A DNA stretch of 64,000 bases from an uncultured Actinomycetota bacterium (GTDB taxonomy: Bacteria; Actinomycetota; Actinomycetes; Mycobacteriales; SCTD01): the NCBI GenBank assembly GCA_963762795.1, contig CAVXMC010000008.1, positions 138,072 to 202,071 of the forward strand, in the 5' to 3' direction. The notes under the pieces were generated by a model. That model was not told where the DNA came from. It ran no database searches and worked only from the letters and a program-made list of their open reading frames with translations. A program made the position numbers and the translations under genes. This document shows positions 63,426-64,000 of the stretch, piece by piece. Numbering within the stretch: position 1 is the stretch's first letter; each line of letters opens with the position of its first letter.

Positions 63426-63925
63426 GCCGCGAACCTCATCGTCTCGACCGGCTCCCACGGACCGCCGAGGTAGCGCCACAGCCGCAGCCCGAGGGCCTGC
63501 ACGTCGTACGGCGCGAAGTCGGCGGCGAGCGCGGCGAGCAGCGCGCGGGCCTGCTCCGGCTCGACCTTGTTCTGCACCGTGACGTGGGCGTTCAGCCGCT
63601 GCCGGTCCTGGGCGGTCTCGACCGGCAGCCGGCGCAGCAGGTCGACGTGCAGTGCGGCCAGCTCGGGGGCCGTCAGGTCGTACGCCACCCCGCGCCCCAG
63701 CGACCGGACCCGGGCCACCGTGACGGCGAACGGCTCGCGCCGTGCCGCGTCGGCGAGCACCTCGCGCACCTCGTCGACCTGCTCGCCGGGCAGCGCGTGG
63801 AACAGCGTGACGTGGGCGCCGACGACGAGCCGCTCCGGCGGGAAGTGCGCCCGGCGCAGGGCGTCGAACCGCTCCTGCGCCTGCTCCTCCAGCTCGAGGG
63901 TCACGACGAGCGGGGCGGTCGGCAC
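63422..63925 (-). CDS. 2'-5' RNA ligase / 2H phosphoesterase superfamily protein
   Basis: Intact 167-aa ORF with the two H-x-T-x motifs (AHVTLF and AHVTVQ). Its TGA overlaps the MFS ATG (ATGA). Confidence 0.8.
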   Translation of the reverse strand: MPTAPLVVTLELEEQAQERFDALRRAHFPPERLVVGAHVTLFHALPGEQVDEVREVLADAARREPFAVTVARVRSLGRGVAYDLTAPELAALHVDLLRRLPVETAQDRQRLNAHVTVQNKVEPEQARALLAALAADFAPYDVQALGLRLWRYLGGPWEPVETMRFAA

Positions 63926-64000
63926 GCGGCGGACAACCCGCCGGCGGCCCGGTCTCTTCCGTGCCGCACGATGCAGCCGTGAGCTCTGTCGTGGCGCTGG

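Overview
High-GC (roughly 70-75% by eye) actinobacterial chromosomal segment. It is densely coding, with about 55 protein genes. I saw no rRNA, tRNA, CRISPR array or clear prophage. Content is mostly core metabolism and cell envelope. It includes a near-complete classical menaquinone cluster (menF, menD, menC, menB, menE, menA, menG) followed by ndh, two DNA helicases (RecQ-ComF fusion, DinG-like), SelO, a GGDEF-EAL protein, and a PAS-GAF-PP2C-HATPase sensor coupled to an oxidoreductase and a penicillin-acylase-family hydrolase. It also carries several secreted hydrolases (PHB-depolymerase-like esterase, two alpha/beta hydrolases, NlpC/P60, GH25 muramidase), a MoxR-like AAA+/VWA-metallopeptidase pair, a PAC2 gene and a DUF222/HNH (REP13E12-like) gene. 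The features most worth a second look are listed here. (1) A 42-bp x14 tandem array encodes a protein that is 14-residue periodic along its whole length. (2) A ydaO-type c-di-AMP riboswitch lies upstream of the NlpC/P60 gene. (3) A perfect 22-bp palindrome and a promoter-embedded inverted repeat share a TGACATGTC core. (4) A G-tract microsatellite cluster lies upstream of the HNH gene. (5) Convergent gene pairs repeatedly share CTAG stop-stop overlaps, and co-directional pairs share GTGA/ATGA stop-start overlaps. As assembled, about 30 of the ~55 genes need one or more single-base frame corrections (about 50 in total), yet conserved sequence continues across every break and there are no in-frame stops. 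I read this mainly as consensus indel error, so I call these genes by function across the breaks. The very long ORFs in the supplied track are read-through or shadow composites, not giant proteins. All frame-break positions are hand-derived and approximate (about +/-10 nt). No database search was possible.
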